A DNA stretch of 64,000 nt from the human T2T-CHM13v2.0 reference genome, Homo sapiens. The position numbers were made by a program, and so were the translations under genes. Below are positions 13,461-33,648 of the stretch, one piece after another. Location of the stretch: NCBI RefSeq assembly GCF_009914755.1, contig NC_060939.1; one strand, 5' to 3'. How positions within the stretch are numbered: the first letter of the stretch is position 1; each line of letters begins with the position of its first letter. Below the pieces are notes generated by a model. The model ran no database searches and had not been told where the DNA came from. It saw only the letters and a program-made list of their open reading frames with translations.

Positions 13461-13571
13461 CTGTAGTAGTGGCTGTTGCAAGGTAGCCACTTACACAGTA
13501 TACCACTTTCTTCCCTGCATGCTGGGAACTGCACTGCATGCTGGAAAGCACAGCCTGGCACTGGGCTGGCT
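13461..13571 (-). ncRNA. Candidate antisense (lncRNA) internal exon, 111 nt
   Basis: Minus strand reads tctcttctttctttaccctag|AGCCAG...ACTACAG|gtgagt, both sites near consensus. Confidence 0.45.
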
Positions 13572-13713
13572 CTAGGGTAAAGAAAGAAGAGACACTGGCT
13601 TGCCCTCAGGGAGAGGGGTGGGGAGCTCTGGCGCTGGGCATGTATCATGTCTACTAATGTGATACTTAATATTAGGAGCCACCCCCTTGAAGACAGTGGA
13701 GTCCAAAAGGGCT

Positions 13714-13833
13714 TGCTGAGTCATCAAATACTAAGTTGGTTCAGCATAATCTTAGGATTCTGTGTGTTTTATTTTCCAAGTCGGAAAGTAGGGTTAGGGG
13801 TGGGGAGAACACTCTCCAAGAGAAGCTGACTCA
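13714..13833. promoter_or_regulatory. Candidate enhancer: NRF2/MAF ARE (TGCTGAGTCAT) plus a second AP-1 site (TGACTCA)
   Basis: Motifs at 13714-13724 and 13827-13833; motif evidence only. Confidence 0.35.
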
Positions 13834-15828
13834 AGCTACTTCTCAAAGAACAAAGTGACACACAGGAAGGAGGTTGGTTGGGAGGGGAAAGGAGAGGTCA
13901 TTCCAGGAAAGGCAAACAATGTCAAGAAAGGGAGCCTGGCAGGGTTAGGTATGTGCCAGGTCTTTGTTCTGGCCTGAGTTTAAGATACCTGGGAAGGCAT
14001 GCCAGGAGCTGTTCCTGGAGAAGTCTGTAGAGGGCATACCCTGAGAGGCCTTTGATGCCCCACCAAGGAGGACGACTTCATCCCAAAGACTTCGTGAGGC
14101 TGCTAGGGGTTACACATAGAGGCCTGAGCTTGGCAGACATGCACTTTGGGAAATACACTGTGGCATCTGCAGGAGGGACAACAGACTTAGGGTTTCTGGG
14201 GAGAGTTGGTGGGTGAGGAATCCGAGCCTCCTAGGTACAGGAATCATGACTTGTTTACTGCTCACCCAGGGCCTTGCACAGTGCCTGACATGCAGTAGGT
14301 GCCCAGTATTTATTAAATCTGGGAAAAGTTGTTAAACGAATCCAGGCAGGGAATGCCAAGGGTGGTGGCAGTGAGAATAGAAGATAGGGATCCTCTTAGA
14401 AAGACATTTAGGAGGGACGTGGGTGAAAATTTTTAATCTGAAATCCAAGGACCGAAGAAACTTCATTTTTTAGTGAAGCGCAAAAACTAGAAGGTAGCTT
14501 TGAAAAGGCGTTTGACTTCAGGAACCAATTGGCCAAAGGAATGTTTCTAGACCTTTCAAAACTTTAATCTGTGCTTTGTGAATTACACAGTTTGGTTCTA
14601 TTCAATAGTTCCCTTTTTCCCTCAAATGCCACCTGTGAAATAAGTTAAACACCATACTGTTTTAATGTAAAAATATTTCCTCAAATCCACTGTATAAATT
14701 AATTACTCTTTGGGGAATAGGATAATCTAATTTCCCTTCTACAATGTGCTCCATTCATATGCTCTCCATTGCTGTAGAGGTAGGTTATGAATCAACTGTT
14801 TCTGAAGGATTATGAGCTATAATAAATGTCAGTATGAGCTCTGATTGATTTCCTGCAGCCTCACTAGTTGTGACTTCATTTAGTAACTTAATACTAATTG
14901 TGTCGCTTTGATTACTTTGATTTTAGCTGTTTCCCCAGCACCTACTGGAGTGTCTAGGACAAGCAAGGATTCTAATGAATGTCTGTTGAATGAAGGGCTT
15001 TTAATCTTTTTAAAATGTTCCATAGAGGATTTTAGAGAAGTCAGAGTGAATGCCTGCAGTTCAGATGGGTATTGACTGAAGAGGCGAAACCATAATTTCA
15101 ATTCTTGAGAAAGTAGCGCAGAACTTCTCTAGCTCACTACTGTATCGCAGTACCTCAGTGCACAGTAGACAGTCAGTGAATATTTGCTGACTGACCCTGT
15201 ATTGTAGTGTCTGATGGTGAGCCACAGCCCTTAGTTCAAGTATATGCCTTAGAGAGTAATGCATCCCTTCATGTATGCATTCAACATTTATTAAGCCCCT
15301 ATTGTGTGTCAATGCAATGGCAAACATTTATGATAGGCTCAAGTTTTGAACCTTGCAACAACCCTGGTAGATATTATTGTCATCCCCTTTTGCTGACAAG
15401 CAAAATGAGGCTTGGAAACACTAAACTATTTTTCATATAATTAAAAGGTATGCTGACTCCCTCATCTAGATCCTCATGATACCTAACACTAAGTTTTGGA
15501 AACACTAAACCAAGATCATATAATTAAAAAGGTACCATCCATCCAATTAAAAAGGATCCATCCTCACCTGGATCCTCATGGTACCAATAACTGGGTCCTG
15601 AATCTCCTTTCACTAACTAAGTCAGCAGCGATGGCTATGAAGGTGGGCATTAGGATGTCAAAGGGACTGTCACACATAGGTTTGCATCTCTGGCATCATG
15701 CTATGTGACCCTGAGCAGTCCGTTTGTCTGTCTGAGCCTCAGTTTGTAGTGCCCAGGTTAGAGGTGATACAAGACCTCTAAACATGAGGTCTTATATCTC
15801 ATACATGACCGTGATCATCTCTTCACAG

Positions 15829-15882
15829 GAGGAGCTTCAAAGTCACATTTCCACAGGAATTGATATGGAAAGGCATGAACAG
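15829..15882 (+). pseudogene. Exon remnant (RSFKVTFPQELIWKGMNR), phase 2>2
   Basis: catctcttcacag acceptor, AG|gtatag donor, open frame; 68-nt intron to the next exon. Confidence 0.6.
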
Positions 15883-15950
15883 GTATAGCCATTTTTGTAA
15901 TCTACCATAGCGATTGCCTGAAACTGTTACAATCTAGTCCATTTCTCTAG

Positions 15951-16196
15951 ATATCCTGGAATATGTTCTGACCAAGCAGGACTGGCAGAAGCTGCATACC
16001 TGGACCACAGCATTATAGTCCTCTGTGGAATTACCTTTATGCTTGGGGCTTTAGCGATGCATCAGCCGTATATAGAGGAAGTTATAGGAAACCGAACTCA
16101 TGCATCTCACTATCGTATTTACTACCAGCTTGTTGCTGAGGGCATTGTTCATTTTACTGCACCATGGGAGAGATTACTCTCTTGTCTCAGCACTAG
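15951..16196 (+). pseudogene. Exon remnant (YPGICSDQAGLAEAAYLDHSIIVLCGITFMLG...WERLLSCLSTR), phase 2>2
   Basis: ccatttctctag acceptor; 246 nt with no stop; donor reads gcaaac (degenerate). Confidence 0.7.
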
Positions 16197-17836
16197 GCAA
16201 ACCTAGACTTCTCTAAAGCTGGGCTTGTTTGGTTTTTTTAATTTTATGGATTTGTAACTTAGGAAGCCAATGGATTTCTCTCTTCAAGTTGTCTGCTGGA
16301 AAGCTTAAGGCTGAATATGTGATCTACCACCAGCAAATACAAAGACCATGTGACATGTATTTTGGCACTGATTTCACTTTTAGCTTCATATTATTATTCC
16401 TTTAAACAGATCTCATCTGTACATACTTTAAGTTTTATTTTGTTTTAGTGATGAGCAAAAACTAGAAGGTAGCTTTGAATTGCATACTTTGTAAGTTGCC
16501 TAAAATCCTGTTTGAATACAGTAGGTGATAAATAAAATCACTAAAATGAATGAACAAGAAGAGTACCTTCCTATACCCAGAAATGCACTGGAAATCGGGA
16601 CATTTTGTTTCTTCGTCTTTAATAAGTTGTGTTTGAAGTCCTACATTGAGCCAAAATTCATACCTGGAAACTGAATTCTAGAAAGATTATTTTGGAAAGC
16701 CTGTAGTTACGTGTATTACCACTAGATGACCTTCCCTCATTATTGTCTCTAAAGTGGAGCTGCTAGTTATATGGACTTTCCAGAGGACTGTAGGAAATTT
16801 ATGAATAATCCCTCTAAAGCAACAATGACAACAACAACAAAAAAGTCTACTTTATATGGTGTTGAGTGTACAAATATTTGGCAAAGGAATGAAAAAAGAA
16901 AGTTGTCTGTCTGTGGGCTAGGCTCTGCCTGCAAGATACTTACAATCTAGGTCAGAGGTTCCTAAATCCTTCTCAATGCCGTTTGCACCGGCCCTGAGGA
17001 AAGTGTGAAAATGAAGACTATTGTAGAGTCTTACATGAAGCTAAATTTGTTCATTTATATCACTTCTCTTTTATTATGAGATTATGTCCTCTGCAGTTTT
17101 TTGGTATTAAAATGTCTTTTATGAAAGGATAGTAAGAGTTAGATAGTAGTCTTTTTTGTGGAAAAAAAAAAAATTGTTCTCACTTGACAATAAAAAGTGG
17201 ACAAATCCATGGAGCCCTCAAAATTCTTTTTGGAAATTTTGTTCTATAAAATCCAATATTCTGAAAACCTGTGGTTGAATAAGAGAAAAATATTTAGTAT
17301 AATCTTTCTCAATACATTTGCATGCATCAGGACCTTAACAGAAAATACTACCTGTTAGCATTTGCAGTTGAGCTCCTATTAAAAACCATGTTTGTTTGTT
17401 TGTTTTTAAAGATGTTTAGGAAAACAGTTTAAGGAACATTCTCCTTCCTCCCCTCTCACTGGGAATTCTGAATCTACTCTTTGAGCAAGTCAAAATACTT
17501 GGACCTCAGCTCAGGCCCCTCTACACGTCACCTCCAGAAAGCTACATTCTGCTACTATGTTCTTAGCTTTTATGAAAGATGAAACAGCCAATTAAAAATC
17601 TACTTCTGCCTTCATTTTGTTTTTTGTTAGGACAGTCATGTACATAGTACATACTATGAAATTATGTCAGTTTGATTGACAACCATTTGATTTTACTAAA
17701 ACTCTGCCTCCTGAATTCAAGTGATTCTCCTGCCTCAGTGTTAAGGACACTTTCTCTTATATCACACAGTAGACGTTAAGGAAATTTTAGTATCCTTTCT
17801 AATTTCCTTTGAATTTATCTTTTCTCCCCCTTTCAG

Positions 17837-18107
17837 ATAAAAAGATAACATGTTACCTTTTTTGCCTTGGCTACCAGTGGTCTCAAAGTCAGGTGTTGTA
17901 CTCAGCCAGAACAGCTTTGTTATACCCTTAAGCTTGATATCTTTTCTGTTTCCTGGTTTCTTCCATTTTTATCAACCTTATAATGTCTTTTATTCAGAGC
18001 TCCCAAAAGCCTATATTGGAGTGATATACAATTACTTTTTAAATAAATAGAATGTTTTATATAATAAATGGTATTTTTGGAAAGTACTGGATTATGCAAT
18101 ATGAACT
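17837..18107 (+). pseudogene. Exon remnant (*KDNMLPFLPWLPVV...KWYFWKVLDYAI*T), phase 2>0
   Basis: ttctccccctttcag acceptor, ACT|gtaaat donor; contains ORF 17850..18050 in the expected frame; 3 stops. Confidence 0.6.
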
Positions 18108-18731
18108 GTAAATGTCTCCAGAGTATATTACATGATTGTCCTAACAAAAAAAAAAAAAACCTTTAGTACTTTATTAAGTATTTCTCGTATTCAAAATTAT
18201 CTCACCTGTGTGCTGAACTAGACTGTAATTCCTTTTGTGGAAGGAAATTTTGTTTTGTATGTTGTTTTAAATCTCTTGCAGTTTCTCTCGATCAGTGCCA
18301 GGACATCAGACATGCTCAATGAATACTTGCTGATTGACTAATCCACTGATCTGTGTGTTCTGGGGGAGTTAGAAAAGCTTTCCTAGAGGAGATGCAAAGA
18401 GATGGCCAGAAGACAGGCTGTTTGCCACTCTGATCCTTGGCTTCTCACATGTTAAACATGATGGCTAAGGTCTCTAACTTTCTGGGACTTGACAGTTGTA
18501 AAATACGAGGAGGATAGGAGACTGTGAGGGGGTGAAAGCCAGTTTTCAGATTCACAGAGGCTGGAAATAAATTTGGTATATGGGGAAGCTTTGGAGATGG
18601 AGAAATGCTTTCGAAACTGTGAAGTACATACTATGAAATTATGTCTCTTTGGTTTACAACCATTTGGCGTTACTAAAACTTTCACTTGATGCCCTAATTC
18701 AGCTCTAAGGGGTCTGTCTTGGCATTTATGA

Positions 18732-19053
<322 letters not shown>

Positions 19054-19595
19054 GATGGAGGGAGGCTGCTACTCTCTACCATTTCCTGTGTGCCTCCACT
19101 GTGGCCTCAACCCTGGCAGTTAAAGCCACTGCTCCCTTCCCCTACCTGGCATGTGTGAGCCCTTCTCACTGGATTTTATACCCTTGTGTCTGTGTACATT
19201 ATCGATCTATATAGTATATATATACATTATATCTATCTATATAGTATATATATTCATTATATATATAATGAATATATATACACACAATTGATAAATTGAA
19301 TATATATATAAACTCTGCACTGGTGCATCTTGTAAGCGGCAGTGTAGACTCCAGGTGGTTATCTTGGCAGTGGGGTAGCTAGCACCAACATCTGGCTGAG
19401 TGCCCTTCTTAACAGGTGACTCGAGGTTTGCTAATTTATAGCAAGGATGATGCTCATTATGATGTCAACCTGTTTGATAAGTGTCATGTCATTTGGATTC
19501 TGCCATTGATTTCTTTTGACTTTATTTTTTTAATGGTTAAATTATATAAACTTTGTATAATGTAATCCATAAACATGCTTTGTGACTTTGTGACT

Positions 19596-19724
19596 TTCTT
19601 TTTTGGTGGTGACAGGATTTCGCCATGTTGCCCAGGCTGGTCTCAAACTCCTGAGCTCAGGCAATCCACCTGCCTCAGCCTCCCAAAGTGCTAGGATTAT
19701 AGGCGTAAGCCACCACGCCCAGCC
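19596..19724 (-). mobile_element. Alu left monomer / FLAM
   Basis: Single ~125-bp antisense monomer. Confidence 0.8.
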
Positions 19725-19906
19725 TATAGTATACTCTTAAGTGTACTCTTCTTAAGTGGCCTACGACGAGCAGGTAAACAGCCATTCGATAGACTAAATA
19801 ATAAATAGAAAATACTTGTTTAGGTTATATTGTGATAATATATGATAGTAAATAATGAAGACTGTTTTAATGATATTTGGTGTTATCTTTGCATACATTA
19901 ATTTGA

Positions 19907-20216
<310 letters not shown>

Positions 20217-20351
20217 TGCATTAACTTTTTAATCAAACTAGCAGTAATTATGTTTTCAGTTTAAGATAAGTTGCCTTTATAAATTTGGGGATAAATTGGA
20301 TTTAGGTAAGGCAGTGTTATTACTTTACTTCTTTTGTATTCTCCATAACAG

Positions 20352-20531
20352 CTGGCTCTTCATGGTTGTACAGTAGCTATTGTTAACTTGCTTGAGGCCA
20401 GCTGTGTGTGAGCATTACCGAGAGCCAGAATGTCCTCCTGAGAAGGGGCTCCTCACGCCTGTTCTCATGATCATCTGCGTAGCAGAAGCCTATGGAGTTC
20501 CGATGAGAAAGGGAACTGGAAATCCCTTTGA
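20352..20531 (+). pseudogene. Exon remnant (LALHGCTVAIVNLLEAS / frameshift / VCEHYREPECPPEKGLLTPVLMIICVAEAYG...)
   Basis: tattctccataacag acceptor, GA|gtaaac donor; joins the preceding exon as KVLDYAI*TLALHGCTVAIVNLL. Confidence 0.6.
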
Positions 20532-20919
20532 GTAAACAAGTCCCCAGAAGAGGGAGAGCATAGGTGTGAAAAATAATAATTCTACCATCTAAATTCCATT
20601 TCTCAGCCTTAGTTAACACAGGTCAGAAGATCTGTCATTTGATTAAAGTCACTTCCCTGGGACTGAGAAAAGATTGCTACTGTACTCTTGAAGGGTGATT
20701 CTACTCCACTCTGTAGTAAATGCCTCCACATGGTAGATCCCCTCAAATTGGGTCATGTATCTCTCCTCTGCCCTCAACCCTTGGGTTTTATTTCCCATTT
20801 ATAGCTTTCAAAATATTGGAGACACCATGGTTTGGAAGGTAAAACAATAGCAATGAGAGACACCTGTTTATAAGTAGAGCAATTAAAAACCTAGCTGGTG
20901 ACCAAACCTGCCCAATTCT

Positions 20920-20985
20920 ATGTATATTAGTTTTCTATCACTATATAACAAATTACCACAAATTTAGTGGCTTAAAACACATAAA
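20920..20985 (-). mobile_element. MLT1E-family LTR, first piece
   Basis: tattagttttctatcactatataacaaattaccacaaatttagtggcttaaaac; continues at ~27370. Confidence 0.75.
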
Positions 20986-21419
20986 CGGTGGGGTTTTTTT
21001 TTTGAGGAGGGTGATGCTCAGCATCGAATGACGAATTTGTCATTCACCTAGCATTTATTAAGCAACCACAGGATGCAAATTACACTGTGACTAATTGGAG
21101 ATATTAAAAAATCACATAATAATATCCTGCTCTTAAGAAATTTGTGCTTTCCCAAGAGAGAGTTTTCAAAAAAGAATACATGTAATTTGTACACAGCAGG
21201 CAGTAAGAAGTATAGATGTCATGCTAGGATAGTTCCAAGGAGAGGAAAATTATTTCAGGGAAATGGGCATGGTGACCTGCGAGCTGGACTTGAAACGCTA
21301 GAGAGATATGGAGAGATGTAGGCTTTGTCTAGACTATAAAGTAAGAAGTGACATTGGGAAAGAAGTTAAATCCTTAAATGGCAGACTCTAAGGCGGTTAG
21401 GCTCCAGAGTCTAAGCTTT

Positions 21420-27340
<5,921 letters not shown>

Positions 27341-27369
27341 CTATCTTGCTGATGTCACACCCCTCAATA

Positions 27370-27900
27370 TAAATGTTTTATGTCACAATTTCTATAGGTC
27401 AGAAGTCTGGGCACAGCATGACTAGGTTTTCTGTTCACGGTCTCACTGGGCTGAAATCAAGGCATTTACCAGGGCACCACCCTCATCTAGAGCTTGGAAT
27501 ATTTTTCTAAGCTCACTGGTTGTTGCCAGAATTCATTTCCTTGCATCTGGAAGACTGAAGTAGCCATTTCCTTGTTGGCCCTCAGCTGAGGGATGCTTTG
27601 AGAGTCCTAAAGGCCACCCACATTCCTTGTCACATAGCTCCCTTTGTCTTCAATCAGAAACAGCATGCTAAATCCTTCTCATACTTCAAACCTGTGACCA
27701 GAAAGAGAAAACTATCTGCTTTTAATCATGTGATTAGGTCAGGCCACTCTGATAATTTTTCTGAAGGTCAACTGTGCCATTTAACATAACCTAATCGTGG
27801 GAGCAAACTCCAACACATTCACAGTCGTGGGATTATCCAGGGTATGCAGTACAGCAGAAGCAGGAAATCTGGGGATCATCTTAGAATTCTGCCTACCACA
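27370..27900 (-). mobile_element. MLT1E-family LTR, second piece
   Basis: tcacaatttctataggtcagaagtctgggcacagc...tcttagaattctgcctaccaca terminus. Confidence 0.8.
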
Positions 27901-28104
27901 CTATTCTGTGTTTCCTTCATGAAGCTGTTGACATTCGTTAAAGGAAGCTGCTTATCACAACCAACAAGCATTATGCCTAGTCAGTGCTAGGCCCTATGGA
28001 AGATATAAAATGCACATAGGAATAAGCCCATCTCTGACCCTTTACAGTTTTCAAAGCACTTTTATAGCTGTGATCTCATTTTCTCTTTTAAAAACCAAAA
28101 AACA

Positions 28105-28888
28105 TGCTCATCATCACTGGCCATCAGAGAAATGCAAATCAAAACCACTATGAGATATCATCTCACACCAGTTAGAATGGCAATCATTAAAAAGTCAGGA
28201 AACAACAGGTGCTGGAGAGGATGTGGAGAAATAGGAACACTTTTACACTGTTGGTGGGACTGTAAACTAGTTCAACCATTGTGGAAGTCAGTGTGGCGAT
28301 TCCTCAGGGATCTAGAACTAGAAATACCATTTGACCCAGCCATCCCATTACTGGGTATATACCCAAAGGACTATAAATCATGCTGCTATAAAGACACATG
28401 CACACGTATGTTTATTGCAGCACTATTCACAATAGCAAAGACTTGGAACCAACCCAAATGTCCAACAATGATAGACTGGATTAAGAAAATGTGGCACATA
28501 TACACCATGGAATACTATGCAGCCATAAAAAATGATGAGTTCATGTCCTTTGTAGGGACATGGATGAAATTGGAAACCATCATTCTCAGTAAACTATCGC
28601 AAGAACAAAAAACCAAACACCGCATATTCTCACTCATAGGTGGGAATTGAACAATGAGATCACATGGACACATGAAGGGGAATATCACACTCTGGGGACT
28701 GTGGTGGGGTCGGGGGAGGGGGGAGGGATAGCATTGGGAGATATACCTAAGGCTAGATGACGAGTTAGTGGGTGCAGCACACCAGCATGGCACATGTATA
28801 CATATGTAACTAACCTGCACAATGTGCACATGTACCCTAAAACTTAGAGTATAATAAAAAAAAAAATTAAAAAAAAAAAAAAAAAAAG
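28105..28888 (+). mobile_element. Young 5'-truncated L1 (L1PA2/L1HS-type) with intact ORF2 C-terminal 172 aa (28132-28650)
   Basis: ORF2 C-terminus (HCWWDCK...FSLIGGN); perfect 15-bp TSD aaaaaccaaaaaaca at 28090-28104 and 28889-28903; TT/AAAA site. Confidence 0.97.
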
Positions 28889-29035
28889 AAAAACCAAAAA
28901 ACAGTTTTACCATGTTTTCATTTTATAGGTAAAGAAAATGGCAGATAGAGAGGTTAAAACATTAACTTGAGGTAACACACCCAGTGGCTTGGAAGCTGGG
29001 ACTTTTGACTCAAGAATGAGATCCTCTACCTCTAA

Positions 29036-29998
<963 letters not shown>

Positions 29999-30418
29999 TA
30001 ATGACTGAGTGTTGACAATTTGGTCAGGGAGGTGGGTGAGTCATGGGAAGCCTTGTGAGAGAGACCCAGGAATTTGCTGTGGGATGTTAGACATTAGGGA
30101 CCTTTTGTGCTTTCTTTTTTTGCTGGAGAGTGATTTAAAATAGCAGTTTTACAATGGAGAGTTGGAGATTCACATAGTCATGCATTCACTCAGCAATTTC
30201 AGGTCTGAATATATATCCGAGGTTCATTAATGCCTTATACAGTGAATTTAGTGGATTTTGACCAGCATGTAAATTATAGAATTAAATGGACTTGAATATA
30301 TTAAAGGACATAGGATATAAGAGTAATAAGTCCTATTTCATAAAATAGTTCCAATTTGTGTGTGTTTGTGTGTGTGCATACATATTTTGTGTTTTGTGTA
30401 GTCTGGTGTGATATAAAT

Positions 30419-30731
30419 TATTTATTTATTTATTTTTTTATTTATTGGAGACAGAGTCTCACTCTGTCATTCAGGCTGGAGTGCAGGAGCACAATAATGG
30501 CTCACTGCATCCTTGCCCTCCTGGTTTCAAGGGATCCTCCCACTTCAGCCTTCCAAGTAGCTGGAAACACAGTCATGCATCACCATGCCCAGCTAACTTT
30601 TTAACTTTTTTTGGTAGAGATGGGGCCCCATGTGTCACCCTGTTGGGTCATGATCTCCTGGCCTCAAGCAATTCTCCGGCCTCAGCCTCCCAAAGTGCTG
30701 ATATTACAGGCATGAGCCACTACACTTGGCC
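30419..30731 (-). mobile_element. AluJ
   Basis: Diverged antisense dimer. Confidence 0.85.
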
Positions 30732-30779
30732 TAAAATGTATTTCTTACTGTTGGTTTCAGTAAAAAGTTTGAAAAATAC

Positions 30780-31310
30780 TACCCAGAAAATCCCTTGTAC
30801 ATGTGTGCACAGAGACGAGTACAATAATGTTGCTAGCAGCACTGTTTATTATCACCAATAATTGGAAACATTCTCAATCTCCATCCCCACGAGAATAGAT
30901 AAATAAGTTGTGGCTATGCATGTAATGAAGTACAGAGTAACACTTTAAAAACAGGAAAACTAGAGCCACATGTGTCATCATGGACACAAATAAGAAATCA
31001 AATGTGAAAGAAAGATGGTTTCTGAATTATAAATGTACTATATCATTTACAGAAACTTTTTAAAAATGTAAAACAATACCATCAATCATTTCTAGATCTG
31101 TACATATCAGTAGGAATATAAATATGCATGGAAATTATGAATGCCAAATTGAAGATAGTGGTTACGGCTGATGAAGGAGAGAGGGGAATGGAGTTGAGGG
31201 AAGGACGTTCAGTCATATCTGTTGGGTTAAGACAAATCTGGGTGATGGAAACCCAAGTGTTTGTGGTGTCATTCCCTATCTTTGTCTGAAGACTTGAAAT
31301 ATTCCGTAAT
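30780..31310 (+). mobile_element. Old L1ME/MC 3' fragment
   Basis: aatgttgctagcagcactgtttattat...ggaaac...agaatagataaataagttgtgg. Confidence 0.6.
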
Positions 31311-31445
31311 ACGTTTGTTCACAGCAGAATTTCAGAATGGCATGAGCCAGTGCTGGACGAAGACTGATTTGGCAGCTTGTAATAATGTAGTTTTGAGGCC
31401 GTGTGGACCTGGACTAGGTTGATGATAGGAATAGGCCATTCTCAT

Positions 31446-31797
31446 TATGCAGCCATAAAAAGGAACATGATCATGTCCTTTGCAGGAACACGGATGGAGC
31501 TGGAAGCCGTTATCCTCAGCAAACTAACGCAGGAACAGAAAACCAAATACTGCATGTTCTCACTTATAAGTGGGACCTGAATGATGAGAACACATGGACA
31601 CATGGTGGGGAACAACTGGGGCCTGTCAGAACGGGTGGGTGGGGGGAGGGAGAGCATCAGGAAGAATAGCTAATGGATGCTGGGCTTAATACCTGGGTGA
31701 TGGGATGATCTGTGCAGCAAACCACCATGGAACATGTTTACCTATGTAACAAACATGCACATCCTGCACATGCACCCTGAACTTAAGAGCTGAAGAA
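31446..31797 (+). mobile_element. Older L1PA (PA13-16-like) 3' end
   Basis: atgcagccataaaaaggaac...catcaggaagaatagctaatggatgctgggc; outer TSD gaatagKccRttctcat at ~31430 and ~32131. Confidence 0.88.
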
Positions 31798-32202
<405 letters not shown>

Positions 32203-32379
32203 TCAAAATAGAAAAGCACTTCTATAGACTTCCTCTTACCTATTGTCACAAAATAGGCAAGGCAATTGTTTATTATGAACCTCAGAAAGCTGGAATTTGG
32301 AGAAAGTCAGTGACTGAAGGTAAGACAGTAGTGTGTGGTGGAGTTCGGAATTGCAATTGGCTGTCCATGGCTTTTCTAG

Positions 32380-32676
32380 CCTTTCAAGGCTGCCCTGTTG
32401 TGCCTACCTTTGGTCTAAGCTCAAGTGTCATTCTTTACATCTCCTTCTGTTTTCTGTTTATGCATGTCACAAACATATAACTATGTGATAAGATTTTGAT
32501 CGCTCAGACAGCTTCACTTCTCACACAGCAAGAGCATTGCTATACCGATCCTCTTGGCTGACTCCCATCTGCAAGGTAGAGGAGCAGATCATCCCCTGGG
32601 CTTCCCTGTCACACATGTGACATGCTCCATGTGTGGCAGATGACACTGAAAGGGAGAGTTCAAGGACAAACACCTG
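32380..32676 (+). pseudogene. Exon remnant (LSRLPCCAYLWSKL...ARALLYRSSWLTPICKVEEQIIPW...), phase 2>2
   Basis: ggcttttctag acceptor, TG|gtgaat donor, 297 nt, 3 stops. Confidence 0.45.
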
Positions 32677-33648
32677 GTGAATTCATGCTGGTGAAGCTCC
32701 AGGAGATGTCAGAGGGCAGCTGTTGGGAGTATGAGGCCCAGTGTAACCTTCTGCAAGAATGTTTGCAACCAGCCTATTTGTGGGAGAGATGTTCAGACTG
32801 GGGCCAGATTTTTTTTTAGAAAAAAAAAAAAATCAATAAATCCAGATATGTTCCATATACCAAAAACTGAGAAACAAAAAAGTGGGTATATAACAAAAAG
32901 GCAGCAGGTAAATAGGTAAATGGGAATGGTATTGTTCAGAAGTGGTTTCATTACAGAAATAAAGGAAGAAAAGAAGAAAACAAATGTTTGTGGGCCTGAT
33001 GGGTGACAGGCACCATGTCGTGTTTTCATGAACATTATTTCGTGTAATTTTCCCATCCCTATGAGGCAGATGTTAATGCCCCTCATTTTAAAGACGAGGA
33101 AAAGAGAGCTGGGGGATTAGCTTGTTGGCCCAAGGTCACTGGCTAGCATGTGATGTAGCCAGGATTTGAGCTAGGGTTTTTCTCCATAGCTTGCAATGTT
33201 TCCTCCATATCACACAGCAGTAACATTGAAAGAGAAAAGTACACACATTTCTAAGCCAACATGTGGCCACCATGGGAAGAAGCAGAGAGGAAGTTTGGAT
33301 CTTTTGGCAGGGAAACCATTTGAGGTTCTTGACAGTTGTTGAGGTGAATGCCCTGTTCCCCCATGTTCCACCAGCAGTGAAGCCCATGATGGGCAGGAGC
33401 TGCAGGACGCAGTGGCAGGGAGAAGGCTGTTGGCAGCCCCCAGAGCCATCTGAGCGTGTGCACAGCCACATGGCCCTGCCGCCCCAGGAATTGAGCTGTT
33501 ACTTGTCTGTAGAGGTGCTAGGAGAAGCTGTTTGCCCGGCATGACAAGTTGGAATTCAGAACACATTTTCCCACAGAAACCATGCCCTCCTGGGTAGTTG
33601 GGTTCTGGTCTCCAGAAAAACAACAGAATTGTGTCACTGTTCTATACG

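Noticed and set aside
16080-16145. HYRIYYQLVAEG resembling the myosin ERNYHIFYQL motif
   Set aside because: No other myosin motor motifs (GESGAGKT, LEAFGNA, DIYGFE) appear in the exon chain.
28132-28650. 172-aa ORF as a host gene
   Set aside because: It is the L1 ORF2 C-terminus in a 5'-truncated element with no promoter, EN or RT domain.
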